A DNA stretch of 64,000 nt from Octopus vulgaris (GCA_951406725.2 OX597820.1:96224001-96288000), one strand, 5' to 3'; shown: positions 1-12,496, counted from the first letter of the stretch. Notes: generated by a model not told the origin, from the letters alone. Numbers and translations are program-made.

Positions 1-62
1 GGTCCTTTAAAAGTAATATCAAGAGTTGCTGCCTTTGTACGGAATTACAAAAAGCACCATGA

Positions 63-97
<35 letters not shown>

Positions 98-98
<1 letters not shown>

Positions 99-1235
99 GG
101 AGGTTGGATAAAATAATGGAAACACCCAGTATCATAGCATCATAATTTTGAAATGTCTATAAAACCGTCAAAAGATTGTTGTTTTTTATGTTTTTTTTAT
201 TTATTATTAGTGTTGCTTAATATGATTTTCTAAAATTGTTGTTTCTTTTTAGATATCATCAGAAAAAGGTAAATGAAGTTCATTAAAATGACAGATCCCT
301 CAGACTTTCAAAGAGGTCAAATTTGGTGCTCGTATGGCAGGTCCTAACGTAACGAAAACAACCGGAATGTCTTGAAAATAATGACAGCCTTTGAGAAAGA
401 GGGGAAAACCTCCTCGTCGAAACAAAACTCCGGAAGAAAACCAAAACTTTTAGATAGGGACCGTCGGACTCTTACGCGAATTTTTAGAAAGGATCACAAA
501 AGTACAGCTCTCAAAATTACTGCAGAGCTTAATGATCAACTCCAGAACCCAGTTTCCGCAAAAACTGTTCGCCGGGAGCTGCACACAGCTGGATTTCACG
601 GGAGGGCTGTAATCAGAAAACCACTACGTCCAAAAAGAAACGTTGCAAAGCATTTAGAGTGGAGTAAAAACCTACAGAATTGGTCCCTAGGGCAGTGGAA
701 GAATGTTATTTTCTTGGACAAATCATCTTTTACTTTATTTCCGACCACCGGCTGAGTATATGCGTGCAGACAGCCTAAAAAAAGCATTTGACACAGACTG
801 CCTTCTTCCAACTGTTATACATGGAGGGGGATCTGTGATGATCTGGGGGTCTATATCTTGGAAATCCGCCGGCCTAATGGTTTCCCTTCGTGGCAAAATT
901 AATAGTCAAGACTATTTAAGCATTTTATCTGATCAAATTCATCCTATGGTTGCGGAACTGTTCCCGGTGGGGAAACGCAATAGTTCAGGATGATAATGCA
1001 ACAATTCACACAACTAAAGTTGTTACTGAACGGTACGAGGAACATGCTAGTGAAGTTGAACAACTTATCCGGCCACCACAGTCCCCAGATCTCAATATTA
1101 CTGAACATTTATGGTACATTTTATTAAAAAAAGTAAGGAGTCGATATCCTCCACCATCAACACTACAAGAACTGGAGACTGTTTTAGCTGAAGAATGGAC
1201 AAAAATTAAGGTGTTTCCATTATTTTGTCCAACCC

Positions 1236-1238
<3 letters not shown>
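98..1238 (+). mobile_element. Tc1-like DNA transposon with DD36E spacing (Incomer-like), frameshifted and C-terminally deleted transposase
   Basis: About 29-bp TIRs (CGGAGGTTGGATAAAATAATGGAAACACC at 98; GGTGTTTCCATTATTTTGTCCAACCCCTG ending 1238) inside a (TA)n tract. ORFs 372-755, 703-993 and 950-1303 give the HTH (SGRKPKL, SAKTVRRELH), VIFLDKSSF, HGGGSVMIWG and QDDNA...SPDLNITE motifs, with 36 residues between the second D and E. Confidence 0.92.
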
Positions 1239-1301
<63 letters not shown>

Positions 1302-1307
<6 letters not shown>

Positions 1308-2456
1308 CAAGCACTTATAAATGGACTTGACGTAAACATTCAATTCACTATGGAATATGGCCAGCATCAAATTCACTTCCTCGACATACTCATTAAGAAA
1401 CCTAATAACGTAAGAGAAACAGATATATACTATAAGTCTACGGACTTCAAGCAATATCTACCGTTCAACTCATGCCACCCCAGACACACCAGTATGAATA
1501 TCCCTTCAAGCTAGCAAAAAGGATATGTACAATAGTTTCTAATGCAAACACCAGAGACACACGACTACATGAACTAAATGATACACTCATCACCAGGAAC
1601 TACCCACCTTCTCTAATTAAAATATGCTTTCAACGTGCCCATCAACTCAACATCCACGAACTCAGACATCCCAAGTTAAATAAGGATTTACAACCAAAGC
1701 GCTACCATACATCTCCACACACATCCTTCTCAACAAGGAAGCGTTCGACGCCATCCTCCAAAACATTCCCTGCTAAGAAAATAACCACAGAATGAACTTA
1801 ATCCTCCAAACACACATCATCATAAAAAACAAGAGACAACGCAAATCTATGAAAAGTCTCCTAACACAAGCCCGAATATGCTCAACAAAAACACAGACGC
1901 CGTTAGTAAAAAAAATGCGGAAGACCCAACTGTGGGATATGCGTCAATTTAATTGAGGGATCAGAGTTCTCCTTCAAACAGAGACAATGTTTCACAGTGA
2001 AAGCAATTTCACATGTGCCTCAGAGAACCTGATATACGCACTAACCTGCACTGGGTGTCAAGAGCAATACATAGGCCAAACAAGAAACAGTCTACGTAAA
2101 AGAATAGCCCTGCACAGATCCCAGATCAAAATTCCCCAAAACAGAAAAATAGCATTCAGCCAACACAAAGACTTTTGCCCCAATAAGAAAAATACAAGCT
2201 TCAGAATTTTTCCCTTCTGCCAATTCAGGGACGATACAACCTGTAGCCAACGAATTAGTAAAGAGACTCTCTTTTTTACAAAATACAGACCCCTTTTGAA
2301 CGCGTCTACAACAAACGACATATCCACCACGGCCTTAGAATAACACAAACACAAATATTCTTTTAGAAAACACTTCTTTTAATTTTTCCAAATTTTAATT
2401 TGCTTTCCATACTTACAGTTGAAAACGTTTCAATGACTGAAACCGATACTGAAATG
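1302..2456 (+). mobile_element. Penelope-like retroelement fragment (RT thumb, Cys-rich linker, GIY-YIG endonuclease; Neptune-like), 5'-truncated and frameshifted
   Basis: Across frames: HFLDILI..TDIYYKSTDFKQYLPFNSCHP..IPFKLAKRICTIVS..LITRNYP, then CGRPNCGIC, then NFTCASENLIYALTCTGCQEQYIGQT..RIALHRS (ORF 1987-2343). Confidence 0.88.
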
Positions 2457-2475
2457 TTTATATATATATATATAG

Positions 2476-2602
<127 letters not shown>

Positions 2603-2635
2603 GAGAGAGAGAGAAATAGACAGACAGACAGACAT

Positions 2636-2690
<55 letters not shown>

Positions 2691-2717
2691 TACATATATA
2701 CATATATATATTTACGT

Positions 2718-3318
2718 ATTAAAATAACAAGGTAAAAGTTATTTTTTTCATTCCTTTTGAAGATTGCTTTTAAATGTGGTTTTGGTCGTTTTGACTACTT
2801 CTAGCGTGTAAGAACTGCCTGTTGAAGGCAGTTTTCTTTTGTGTTTAAATATACACTTTTTTTATATTGAGAATATGCTGTCTATTGACTTTTTATCCAT
2901 GCTAGGCCATTGGTAGTGAAATTTCTAAAAAAAATCTCACTACCCTATACTTTACGCATATTTAGCAATTTTTATAAGATTAGATCGGCATATATTCATT
3001 TACTGCCTACTGAAACTGCTGTTGCGCGATGAATACGAAAAATTATAATATATAACGATGAGACACGTGTTATTGGCATCTTAATTATATGTTAGTGTTA
3101 TGGCCAGGTCACTGATGAGAAATTCGCCTAGCAAATTGTTTTATTTGCTTAAAAAATTTGAATTCTAGGTTTGACCGGATTAAAATAATAAGGTAAAAGA
3201 TTTTATTTTTCATTCCTTTTGAATATTGCTCTTCAATATGGTTTTGGTCGCTTTGACTACTTTTTCTTGTGGGTAAAAACCGCCTGCTGAAGACAGTTTT
3301 CTCTTGTGTTTAAATATA

Positions 3319-3322
<4 letters not shown>
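2718..3322 (+). mobile_element. Short non-coding element with ~140-bp terminal direct repeats and a degenerate hammerhead ribozyme
   Basis: 2718-2857 matches 3179-3322 (period ~461). GGTCA-CTGATGA-GAAATT...AATTT-GAAT-TCTAGG-TT-TGACC at 3107-3176. Confidence 0.65.
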
Positions 3323-3391
<69 letters not shown>

Positions 3392-3440
3392 AGGGAAGAA
3401 ATGGAGCCGAACGAAGATTCTACAAAATTCCTTTTTATTA

Positions 3441-3524
3441 TTTTCTACACATGTTTCAAAGGCTGCAAATTCCCAAATTCGGATTGAATAAGGAGACCAT
3501 TCTGCAGCTTTCTCTTCAGGAAAA
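3441..3524 (-). ncRNA. Minimal type I hammerhead ribozyme
   Basis: Minus strand TTTTC-CTGAAGA-GAAAGCTGCAGA...TTGCAGCCTTT-GAAA-CATGTG-TA-GAAAA, giving helix I, core, helix II, GAAA, a 1-bp helix III and a GUA cleavage triplet. Confidence 0.8.
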
Positions 3525-4147
3525 TCCAGGAATTTAAAATCTCAAAACAAATGCGCAGCAAGCTTTTCGAACTAAACGCTCCCTACGAGCCCATGGTAAA
3601 AGTGGCATAAAACTGTCTCTCAATATGCGCTGACGGCAGAGTGGGTGAAGACCGACGAAAAAATCCGTTGGAATAAACCTAGGTCAAACCACGGTCAAAT
3701 CAGGTAGGGGAAGAATCACAGAAAACCCAAAGAGTGTGAATATATTCTGTATAACTAGTGTTAATGTTCAAATTGTTTTAAGAATGACAGCTATCTTATT
3801 TGGGTGTGAGGAACTACCTACATGTATGTGTGTGTGTATGCGCCTATGTATGTGTGGCAGTATGTTAGGAAGCAGCTAGAGAGAAAATATATTGTATTGT
3901 AGGCATTGCTGGTCAAGCGGCTGATAAAATTCTGTGTCTGTGTGTTCGTCTATGACCAGTTTATATACTGATGACTTGTCAAAAACAAGGGGAGTATAAT
4001 CCCTGATATTGTTTCTAAAAAAGTAGCAGAATATACGCTAAAAGGGGAGTAATTTCCCCTTTCAAATTTAATTCAAAATTTTTCCCAAATTTCTTCCAAA
4101 AAATTTTTTCTTTTCTTAGGACATCAAGGTGTTAATTATCTTAGGCT

Positions 4148-6623
4148 TCAATTGTATGCAAGAACTGTCAGTCGCCTCCAGTGGGGACATCTGAAAGAGT
4201 GTTGTAAAATCCCGTTAACTAGGTGCCCTCGGGCGAACAAAATGTGAAAAAGTTCAGAGTTGCAGAGATTACAGATTCTTTTGCCCCTATCAAACGGTAC
4301 AGCCACCGATAATATCGACCATTCCAGTCTGAATGCTGAATTCGCGTTCTTCAAACGCCAGATTAATTTACTTAGTCCGGTAGCGTGTTGTTTTCTAAAA
4401 TCGCGAAAAGTTGTGAAGTGGTTCGATATTCTCACGGCCAATTTTGATGATGACGCTCCGATATACGAGTAGACATCCGATCCAGTATAAACTCTGCATT
4501 GGTAAATGGCATTTCTAATCTTGGAATTACTAGATAAGAACCTTATTCTATTGGGATTGGCTTCCGATATTAACACGGCGTTCTTATTACTATTATGATT
4601 GTGAGAACTACGGCTGTCTTCGACATTATACACCCCATTATCAATACTATTTAATGGAATATCACCTATATATTCCCTGCCACTGAGATCGCTGTGATTG
4701 CTAATGTCCGTGATGCTACTGTTGTCAAACCCGTTGCTAAAATTGTTATTGGGACTCTATACATTAATGACTCGGACAGTGCTCTCATCCCTATTCCCAT
4801 TACTAACATTAGAGTCGTCACCATTGCTCCTATCATTATTCCTATTATTAACTCCATGCCTGGTATGGAGATTGCTAATCTCTGTGCCGGCTCTATTACC
4901 ATTATTCTTATTTTTATTAATACTGCGCGTTATTCTGGCATTGGACGGAGCTGCGTCTCCGAACGTGGGTGAGAGGGTCTTGTTTAGCAGCTTATTGTTA
5001 TGGGAGGAAATTATCTGTGAGAGATTTTTCGTATTGGAGAAGGCTATCCTAACTTTGTGTGAGTTAACAGTGGCGTAATATCTGGAATTTCTGGGAAAGT
5101 TACTGACAATAGCTTGGCGAAACTGCAGGGGTAGATTAGATCTTATTTGTTTACCAAAGGGAATTACAAACCAAATATATTTATCCCTGTTTTTGTACTG
5201 GGTCGGGGAGTCAACTCTGACATTAAGGTGGGTATTTCTAGGTTGAATAATAGGTTTTGGCTTACTATGGTCTCCCCTGGACCGCAAATTATTTATGTTA
5301 CCTAAATTTATTCTAGATGTACTAGTTTCGACATTCCTCAGGCTACCATCAGTACTTAAATTATTTATGTTATTGTATCCGGCCCTATCCTGATGACTGA
5401 ATGCTGGCATCGAAAGGGCCGGATCTATATATACTATTTTCTCCCTATAACCGGCTTTAGACAGGGCGGCATTATAAAATTCCGCTTTCTGCCTAAAAAT
5501 GTCGACATTGGCAGACAAATTAGTTAATCTTTGAGAAATATTTTTAACCAAATTGTCTGTTATAGTTTTAGCGTGATTCGAGAAGACACTGACATACTTT
5601 AAGTTAGTGGAAGGCTTGTGGTAAGGGCAGTAGGAATCACTATGGAGGTTTAGTGTGACATCTAAGAAATTAGCCTTAGTAAGCTCGTTATCAAAAACTA
5701 TACTCATGCCCATCCTATTAAAGAACCTAGCTAATCTGTTTTTAGTTTTCTGTACGATTCTGTTCGGGGTGTTTTGTAGGTAAAACAGACAATCGTCACG
5801 ATATAGGCCGCCCCCGATATCCGGGAATTGGTCGGATAATTCGTAGAGAATATAGATTCCGACCAAATCGGCAATCTGCGCGCTATCTGAACTACCCATA
5901 GGTACATCGAACTCGTTGGGGGTATCTTTACGAACCCACAACTTATTTTCAAACTCTATAAATGATTTCCTGGCGACTAGAATTATATCAATTTCTTCTC
6001 TAGAGAGACCTGCCTTATTATGTGCATGCCACAGGGCCTTATTAAGTACACTAGGGTTAATTGAGGGGTAGAAATTAGCAATATCGAACTGAATGAACTT
6101 AGTTCGGTTTTTATTAGGGATAGCAGAGAACCACCTAACGACCTGCGAAGAGCTCGCCCAGAGGTTAAGCTTCAGCTTATTGACTAAACTAGGAATATAT
6201 TTGTCTAAAATGTACTTACTGATGGCACCGATGTCAGAACTAGAAGGGCATATGAGCCTTAACGCTGGGTTGGTGTAGAAATTTGGTTTGTGGTCCTTAA
6301 CAATGAATCTAGGTTGTTTAGGGCTAAGCGGCTGTGTTCGCATTTGAATTCCGTAATTAACCATTATTTTCTTAATCTCCAAGTTTACTTTTCTCAGTGT
6401 ATTCCTATTTGTTGTTCTATAGTTCTTCTGGATCTCCTTTCCGAGTAAATCTAAGTACTGGGTACTTAGATTATGGGTAACTTGTACGTGTTCCTTGTTT
6501 TGTCAGATTGGACCAGGATTCCGTCTGACCTGTTAATATCCTTAGTGATTTTCTCTAGGTATCTGAGGTGTTCATTTCTCCTGGGTGACTTCCTTAATTT
6601 AATCCTTCTTACAATGTCCCACA
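4148..6623 (-). pseudogene. RT-GIY-YIG polyprotein of the Naiad-like element, broken by one in-frame TAG (4757-4759) and an 8-bp insertion near 6460
   Basis: ORFs 4757..6382 and 4148..4633 are in the same frame (41 open codons between them). The upstream segment SDKTRNTYKLP rejoins QYLDLLGKEIQKNY if 8 nt are removed. Confidence 0.85.
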
Positions 6624-6761
6624 ATAAAGTATAAAGAAAAATTATCAAAAGAAAAATTATCAAAAGAAAAATTATCAAAAGAGAAATAATAGTGGAATTT
6701 AAATAATCAATATATCTTAAGATCTTAGAATTATACATACATACGTACATACATACATACA

Positions 6762-6848
<87 letters not shown>

Positions 6849-7456
6849 GAATATACACATCAACTTTTAGACATTTTATTATGTCTATTTATTTTATAAT
6901 ACACTTACATGCATAACATATTATGCTTTACATATATAATATATAAACTATAAAAATACCAGTAATTATTAAAATACATAACGTAGAGCATAGAAAGTAG
7001 AATAATATCTTACAGCTGTTTCAGGCAAGAGGCCATAGTACCCTACTTTATTTCCATCCCTTCAGTGAACTGAAGTATTTGGTAGATAAGATTTAGGTAC
7101 TTGGGTGTGTTTCTAGGCTTCTTCAGAGAGTCTAGAAAGTTCATAAGGTTAAGTTATAAATATAAATACATACATATATACACACGTTTACATATAGAAA
7201 TATCTAAATATACATAAATACATATATATATATATACATTTATATGTACATGTATATTCATACAAAGGAATCAATTATTATCATTATTAGGTATATTATA
7301 TTATTCTTAATAGATAAAGTATAAAGAAAAATTATCAAAAGAAAAATTATCAAAAGAGAAATAATAGTGGAATTTAAATAATCAATATATCTTAAGATCT
7401 TAGAATTATACATACATACGTACATACATACATACATACATACATACATACATACA

Positions 7457-7522
<66 letters not shown>
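6624..7522 (-). repeat. ~210-bp direct repeat pair (6624-6845 and 7314-7522) flanking a hammerhead-like motif
   Basis: Near-identical ATAAAGTATAAAG(AAAAATTATCAAAAG)n...ATCTTAGAATTATACATACATACG(TACA)n(TA)n copies. Minus strand TCT-CTGAAGA-AG...CT-GAAA-CAGCTG-TA-AGA at 7008-7129. Confidence 0.75.
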
Positions 7523-7525
<3 letters not shown>

Positions 7526-9410
7526 TACGTCAGGACAAACTAAACTTGGTGCGGCCAAGTTTGCTTAATCAAGCCCTTAGCTCTAAAACTACTTGGTTTC
7601 CAATCTAGTTCCACTGAACGTCATTTTAGGTAAGTATGCTACGGCCAAAACTCGAGCCGACAACAACTTTGAGTGAAATTTGGTAAAATGAAACCGTTTA
7701 GATATTCGTCTGAAGAGACGTTCCAGCTATGGAGTGGAAAACTTAAGCCGTAATCAGGTTCATTAGAGGAGTGGATCTTTCTATGTATATTTCGAGCGAA
7801 CTAGTTTTTCACTTTCAGAAAAAAATCTTCCTTTTATCACACTTGAAGTTCTTAAAAAAATGGCAGTTCTTACTGCTGCGTTTCCACATCTCTACATGCC
7901 CCATATATGCCATATATATATATATTCGCATATATACATACATATATGTACATACCTGCATATATATGTATATATACATGCATATATGGGTACAGGACAT
8001 AAAAAAGCGTTGAACACAATGAGAAACGAAAACAAAAACAAAAACATAGAAACGAACTTTTTTTGGAACAACGAAAAAACCAAACATAGAAACGAGACAT
8101 ACAACATAAACAATATTCCCCTTCTTCAGTTGTCCCTGTTTCATCTACTCCGCGTGTTTTCGAAGGCAAGGACAATACGCGACTTTGTTGAAACAGTCCT
8201 TCCCGCAAAGCAAATTAAATAAAAGTGGGATTTTTGCGGAGGGTGAAAGTGGTAACAAGAACAGGTCAGTGAGAACAAAACAGTTAAAACAAAAGGGCTG
8301 TTAAGTCAAGATGATAGAACAATTATTATGAACGCTAGGAAGACGAGCTTATGAGGAGGCGGTATAAGCACGTTTTGTCTTTAGGAAGGTAGTGAGCAGA
8401 AAGATAGATTCTCTTTCGTCACGTGTCAGCGACGAGAGAGTCGAGGAGGAGGAGTGAGAGGGCGGTAACGGTGAAGAGGGGAGGAAAAGAATAGGGAAGG
8501 ATGGGAGAAAAAACCAGAAATGATGAACAAGAGAGAGAGAAAGAGAGAGACTGAGAATATATAGTAGAGATAGAAGAGTGCGCATCGTAATTATTAAGAT
8601 AAAACTTACTTGGAAAAGCATGCATTGCGTTCGATCATATAATAATATAACTAATATATAAATATATATCTAATGTAGGATAAAATTCTTCGAAAGAAAT
8701 TCTATCAATGGTCAGCATATTAGAAAAATACCTTTAAAGGTTAAATTTATAAACAAATTATAAATAAGGCCAAGAGAAAAAAATTCTAATACCAAAATAT
8801 GCCGAAAATAGACACAACGCCAATAACCATTATAATTCGTCACTACAAGCACGTGACTCAAAGAAAGCTGACAGAAATTTCTAAAAAATCCCGTTATTAC
8901 AAAATTTTATTAGAAATTTCAGTCGGCTTTCTTTGAGACACGTGCTTGTAGTGACGAATTATAATGGTTATTGACGTTACGGCATATTTTGACATTAGAA
9001 ATTTTTTCTCTTTCTTTTACTTATAAATTAATATATAAATATATGCCTATATACATACATATATGTACATACCTACATATATATGTATATATACATGCAT
9101 ATATGGGTACAGGACGAAAACATAAAAACAAAAAACATAGAAACGAACTTATTTTGGAACAACGAAAAAAACAGAGAAACGAGACATACAACAGGGCATA
9201 TAGAGATGTGGAAATAAAACCCTCGATTCAATAACACTGTGCACAGACACTATAGTTGGAATGAGCAATTTTAAATACTATTGGAACTTACTCACAAAGT
9301 ATTGGAATCTTATCTGTATACCATTCTGCCTAAATAATGGATCTACAGATGCAATATCCCTGCATAGCTCACGTCTATTTTCATTCCTCCACTTCACTCA
9401 CTATTTCATA

Positions 9411-9795
9411 TCTCTCTATATATAAACGGCAGTTTGTCTGTGCGTGTTTCTGTGTGTCTGTTTGCTTGTACCCTCACCCTGACCACGGCTTTCAACCGAT
9501 TCTGATGAAACTTGACACACACATAGCCCAATGTCATAATTCAAAACTAACGCAGCGAAAATTTTGAAAAGTTCCCCCAGTTCTGAAAAAAATCGATAAA
9601 TTCGACATGGGGTCGAGAATTAGAAACACGAACCACAAACTGTCCAGGGGACGCAACTCCACCTTTTTTAAATCTCAAAAAAAAATTTACCATCATTTTT
9701 TTCCATTTTTTTGCTATTTTTTGGCTATAACTCTCTAAAAATGCTTTATAGTTATTTCCCTTACAAACCTGAGCAACGCCGGGCGATACTGCTAG
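9411..9795 (+). mobile_element. Non-autonomous Helitron
   Basis: Starts TC after an A and ends CTAG before a T, with a subterminal GC-rich hairpin (CCTGAGCAACGCCGGG) and no TSD. Confidence 0.8.
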
Positions 9796-9836
9796 TCTTA
9801 TCTAAAATAACTATTACTTAACCATTTTCTCACACC

Positions 9837-9884
9837 GTCTCCGATGAAGGGATATATAAAATATACCGGAAACAGCTGTAAGAC
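9837..9884 (+). ncRNA. Minimal hammerhead ribozyme (U4C variant)
   Basis: GTCT-CCGATGA-AGGGATAT...ATATACCG-GAAA-CAGCTG-TA-AGAC; palindromic helix III. Confidence 0.7.
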
Positions 9885-10122
9885 CTTCTATTTATAAATG
9901 TTCAAAAACCTTTCACGGCCTTGGATTTTTATCTCATTATGAATTTTTTTTATATATATGCACATGCTGATATATTACCTACGCTGAACTCGTTCTCATA
10001 ATCACCGAACCTGGAGCCTAACTATAGTCTGTCTATAGCACTTACTCAGCATTACCTGACGCCTTTGAATCTTATTGATACCATTACCTCTCATAACCTC
10101 TCTGTCTCTGTCTCTCTGTCTG

Positions 10123-10182
<60 letters not shown>

Positions 10183-10183
<1 letters not shown>

Positions 10184-10407
10184 TGGTTTCTGTCCTGTCA
10201 TTTAATTACTGCCACGCCGGTGCACCCCCATGAAGGGTTTTAGTCAAATGGATTCACAGCAGCATTTATTTTCTAACTTTGGTACTTATTTTATCAGTCT
10301 CTTTTGCTGAACCGCTTAATTTCGGGACGTAATAAACTATCACTGGTTGCCTCGCGGTAGGGGATAAACACAGGCACAAAGATACACATACATACCACAC
10401 ACACACA

Positions 10408-10447
<40 letters not shown>

Positions 10448-10612
10448 TGTATATATATACACGACGGGCTCCCTCAGATTTCATCTTTTGAATTTCCTAA
10501 CAAGGCATTAGGCTATCGTAGAAGACACAAGCCCAAGATGGCGAAGAGTAGAATTGAACAAAAAAACCCGTGGTTACAAAGTGAATTTCTTAGTGACACA
10601 GTTAAACCAGCA
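10183..10612 (-). mobile_element. Diverged tRNA-derived SINE (family A)
   Basis: Reverse-complement similarity to the copies at 15301 and 19976, with an internal (CA)n tract. Confidence 0.7.
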
Positions 10613-11305
10613 ACTGTATAGTATGCTTTACAATGTATTGATGCATCAAATGTTTTAAGATACAAACATTTAACTGTAATATAGAACTTCTATATACAAA
10701 CTGTGAATTATTAAAAAAACTTTTTAACTTGCTATTCAATCAGTTCACATAATAAAACAAATTTAATAGAGTAAATAATATCATTTGAACGTATTTATCC
10801 AAATATTTATTGTACACATGTTTCAATAATAGACTAATACGTTTATATAATAAATACCCATAAATTTTTCATCAATCTAAATTTAATTGACGTAGAAAAA
10901 TATTAAACGAATGTAACGTCTAAACGAAATAGGAAACTTATTAAGATGAAAACTGAACAATACATTTATGCATACATAAAAATACACACACACACACACA
11001 CACACACAAATATATATATATATATATGTGCACATGCATACATAGATTCACATTCACATAAACACGCATATTCTTTAATGTGTAATGAAAACGCTATATA
11101 TTTCTTAATTTTTAACATTTAATTAAAATTTCAATTACTGAACAAATGGATCTTTATTATGAAATGGTGTAAGTCTATTATTGAATTTCATGTACAATGG
11201 TTATTTGCGTAAATCATTTTAAATATTATACATATATAGGCTTGTTACTGTATATATACATACATACACATATATGTATATATGTATATATAAATATAAA
11301 TATAA

Positions 11306-11361
<56 letters not shown>

Positions 11362-11364
11362 TAT

Positions 11365-11412
11365 ATTTCTGATGAAGGGATATCAATAATATCCCAGAAA
11401 CAGCTGTAAGAC
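11365..11412 (+). ncRNA. Minimal hammerhead ribozyme, same family as 9837
   Basis: TTT-CTGATGA-AGGGATAT-CAATA-ATATCCCA-GAAA-CAGCTG-TA-AGAC; downstream flank homologous to 9885-9940. Confidence 0.72.
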
Positions 11413-12253
11413 TATTTCATTATAAATGTCCTGAAAACTTCTCACAGCCTTAGATCTATTATCTCATTCTGTCTAATAGATGTGTGTGTGTGTGTGTAGA
11501 TATATGTGATATATATGTGTGTGTGTGTACATATCCAGGAAAACATCATTTCCAGCTGATTATCGGACTTTTCCCTTTCTCCTTTCCGACAAAGAGCCAT
11601 CTTCGAAACTTTAAAAACTCTCTTCTTTTACCGACTGTCAAACTACTATAATTCTTGTGCACTACTAATATAATTCTTCCTCTCGTTCTAGTCTAACGAC
11701 CCTCCATGTTCGTTTTCGATCGGTTTACTTGTATGTCTCCACCGTCATGTTTTTATTCCCAATTTTGACCCTCCATAAATCCTTAATATATTTTAGAATT
11801 CATGGGAGCAACTGTCTTTGAAGTCTCAAATTGTCGTTGAATGCTCGAAATAGGAAGCCGACAACGGATTAAATGTCCTTTCTTTGTGTTTACTTGTCCT
11901 GTTCTCCATTTATTTCTCGCTGACTATGTTTTTAACCCTTTTTGTTTACGTATTTCATGTTGTTTGAACCGTTGGTGATGTCCTGTGCCCATACACGTAT
12001 GTATATAAAAAAAAAAGGTCACCAGAATTTTGGATTTTTAAAATTTCTTCATTATTATTAGCGCCTTCGTTCGTTTATATAAAACGGATGTTTTTTTTTT
12101 TTGGTGGGGGTTAGAAGAGGAGAACATTGTTTTTGTTTTTTGGGTGAGGTTCCATGACAACGGAGATAGATAGAAAAATAGGTAGGTAGATGGGTTGATA
12201 GATAGCTAATCAGACAAACAGACAGACAGGCAGACAGACCAGTAGGCAGATAG

Positions 12254-12297
<44 letters not shown>

Positions 12298-12298
12298 C

Positions 12299-12368
<70 letters not shown>

Positions 12369-12496
12369 CAGACAAAAAGATAGGGAGAGAGAGAAGAGGA
12401 TCCCCTTCCTATTCACCATTCATTTATTTAGTCTATATATAGTATATATATATATACATACATACATACATACATACATACATACATACATACATG

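Larger units (their letters stand above)
3387..6623 (-). mobile_element. Penelope-like retroelement, Naiad-like (RT plus C-terminal GIY-YIG), 5'-truncated, with a hammerhead ribozyme in its 3' region
   Basis: RT motifs FIQFDIANFYPSI, FDVPMGSSDSAQIADLVG, LYRDD, NFLDVTL, YHKP...SNH. Endonuclease AIYQCRV...YIGAS...RISNH...TGLSKLIWRLK...CNLC...CPH. Hammerhead motif at 3441-3524 on the same strand. Confidence 0.9.

Noticed and set aside
2400-2456. Expected hammerhead at the 3' end of the Neptune-like fragment
   Set aside because: Only a GAAAC half and a hairpin are visible; the core is not recognisable.
3965-4010. CTGATGA followed by a small hairpin
   Set aside because: No GAAA, UH or helix I partner, and it is antisense to the element.
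4757-4759. Possible selenocysteine recoding, as reported for some Naiad elements
   Set aside because: The in-frame stop is TAG, not TGA, and no SECIS was recognised; a simple nonsense mutation is more likely.
11580-11620. HHR-like CCGACAAAGAGCCATCTTCGAAAC
   Set aside because: Probably a decayed relative of the 18070 family; core and helix II are too damaged to call.
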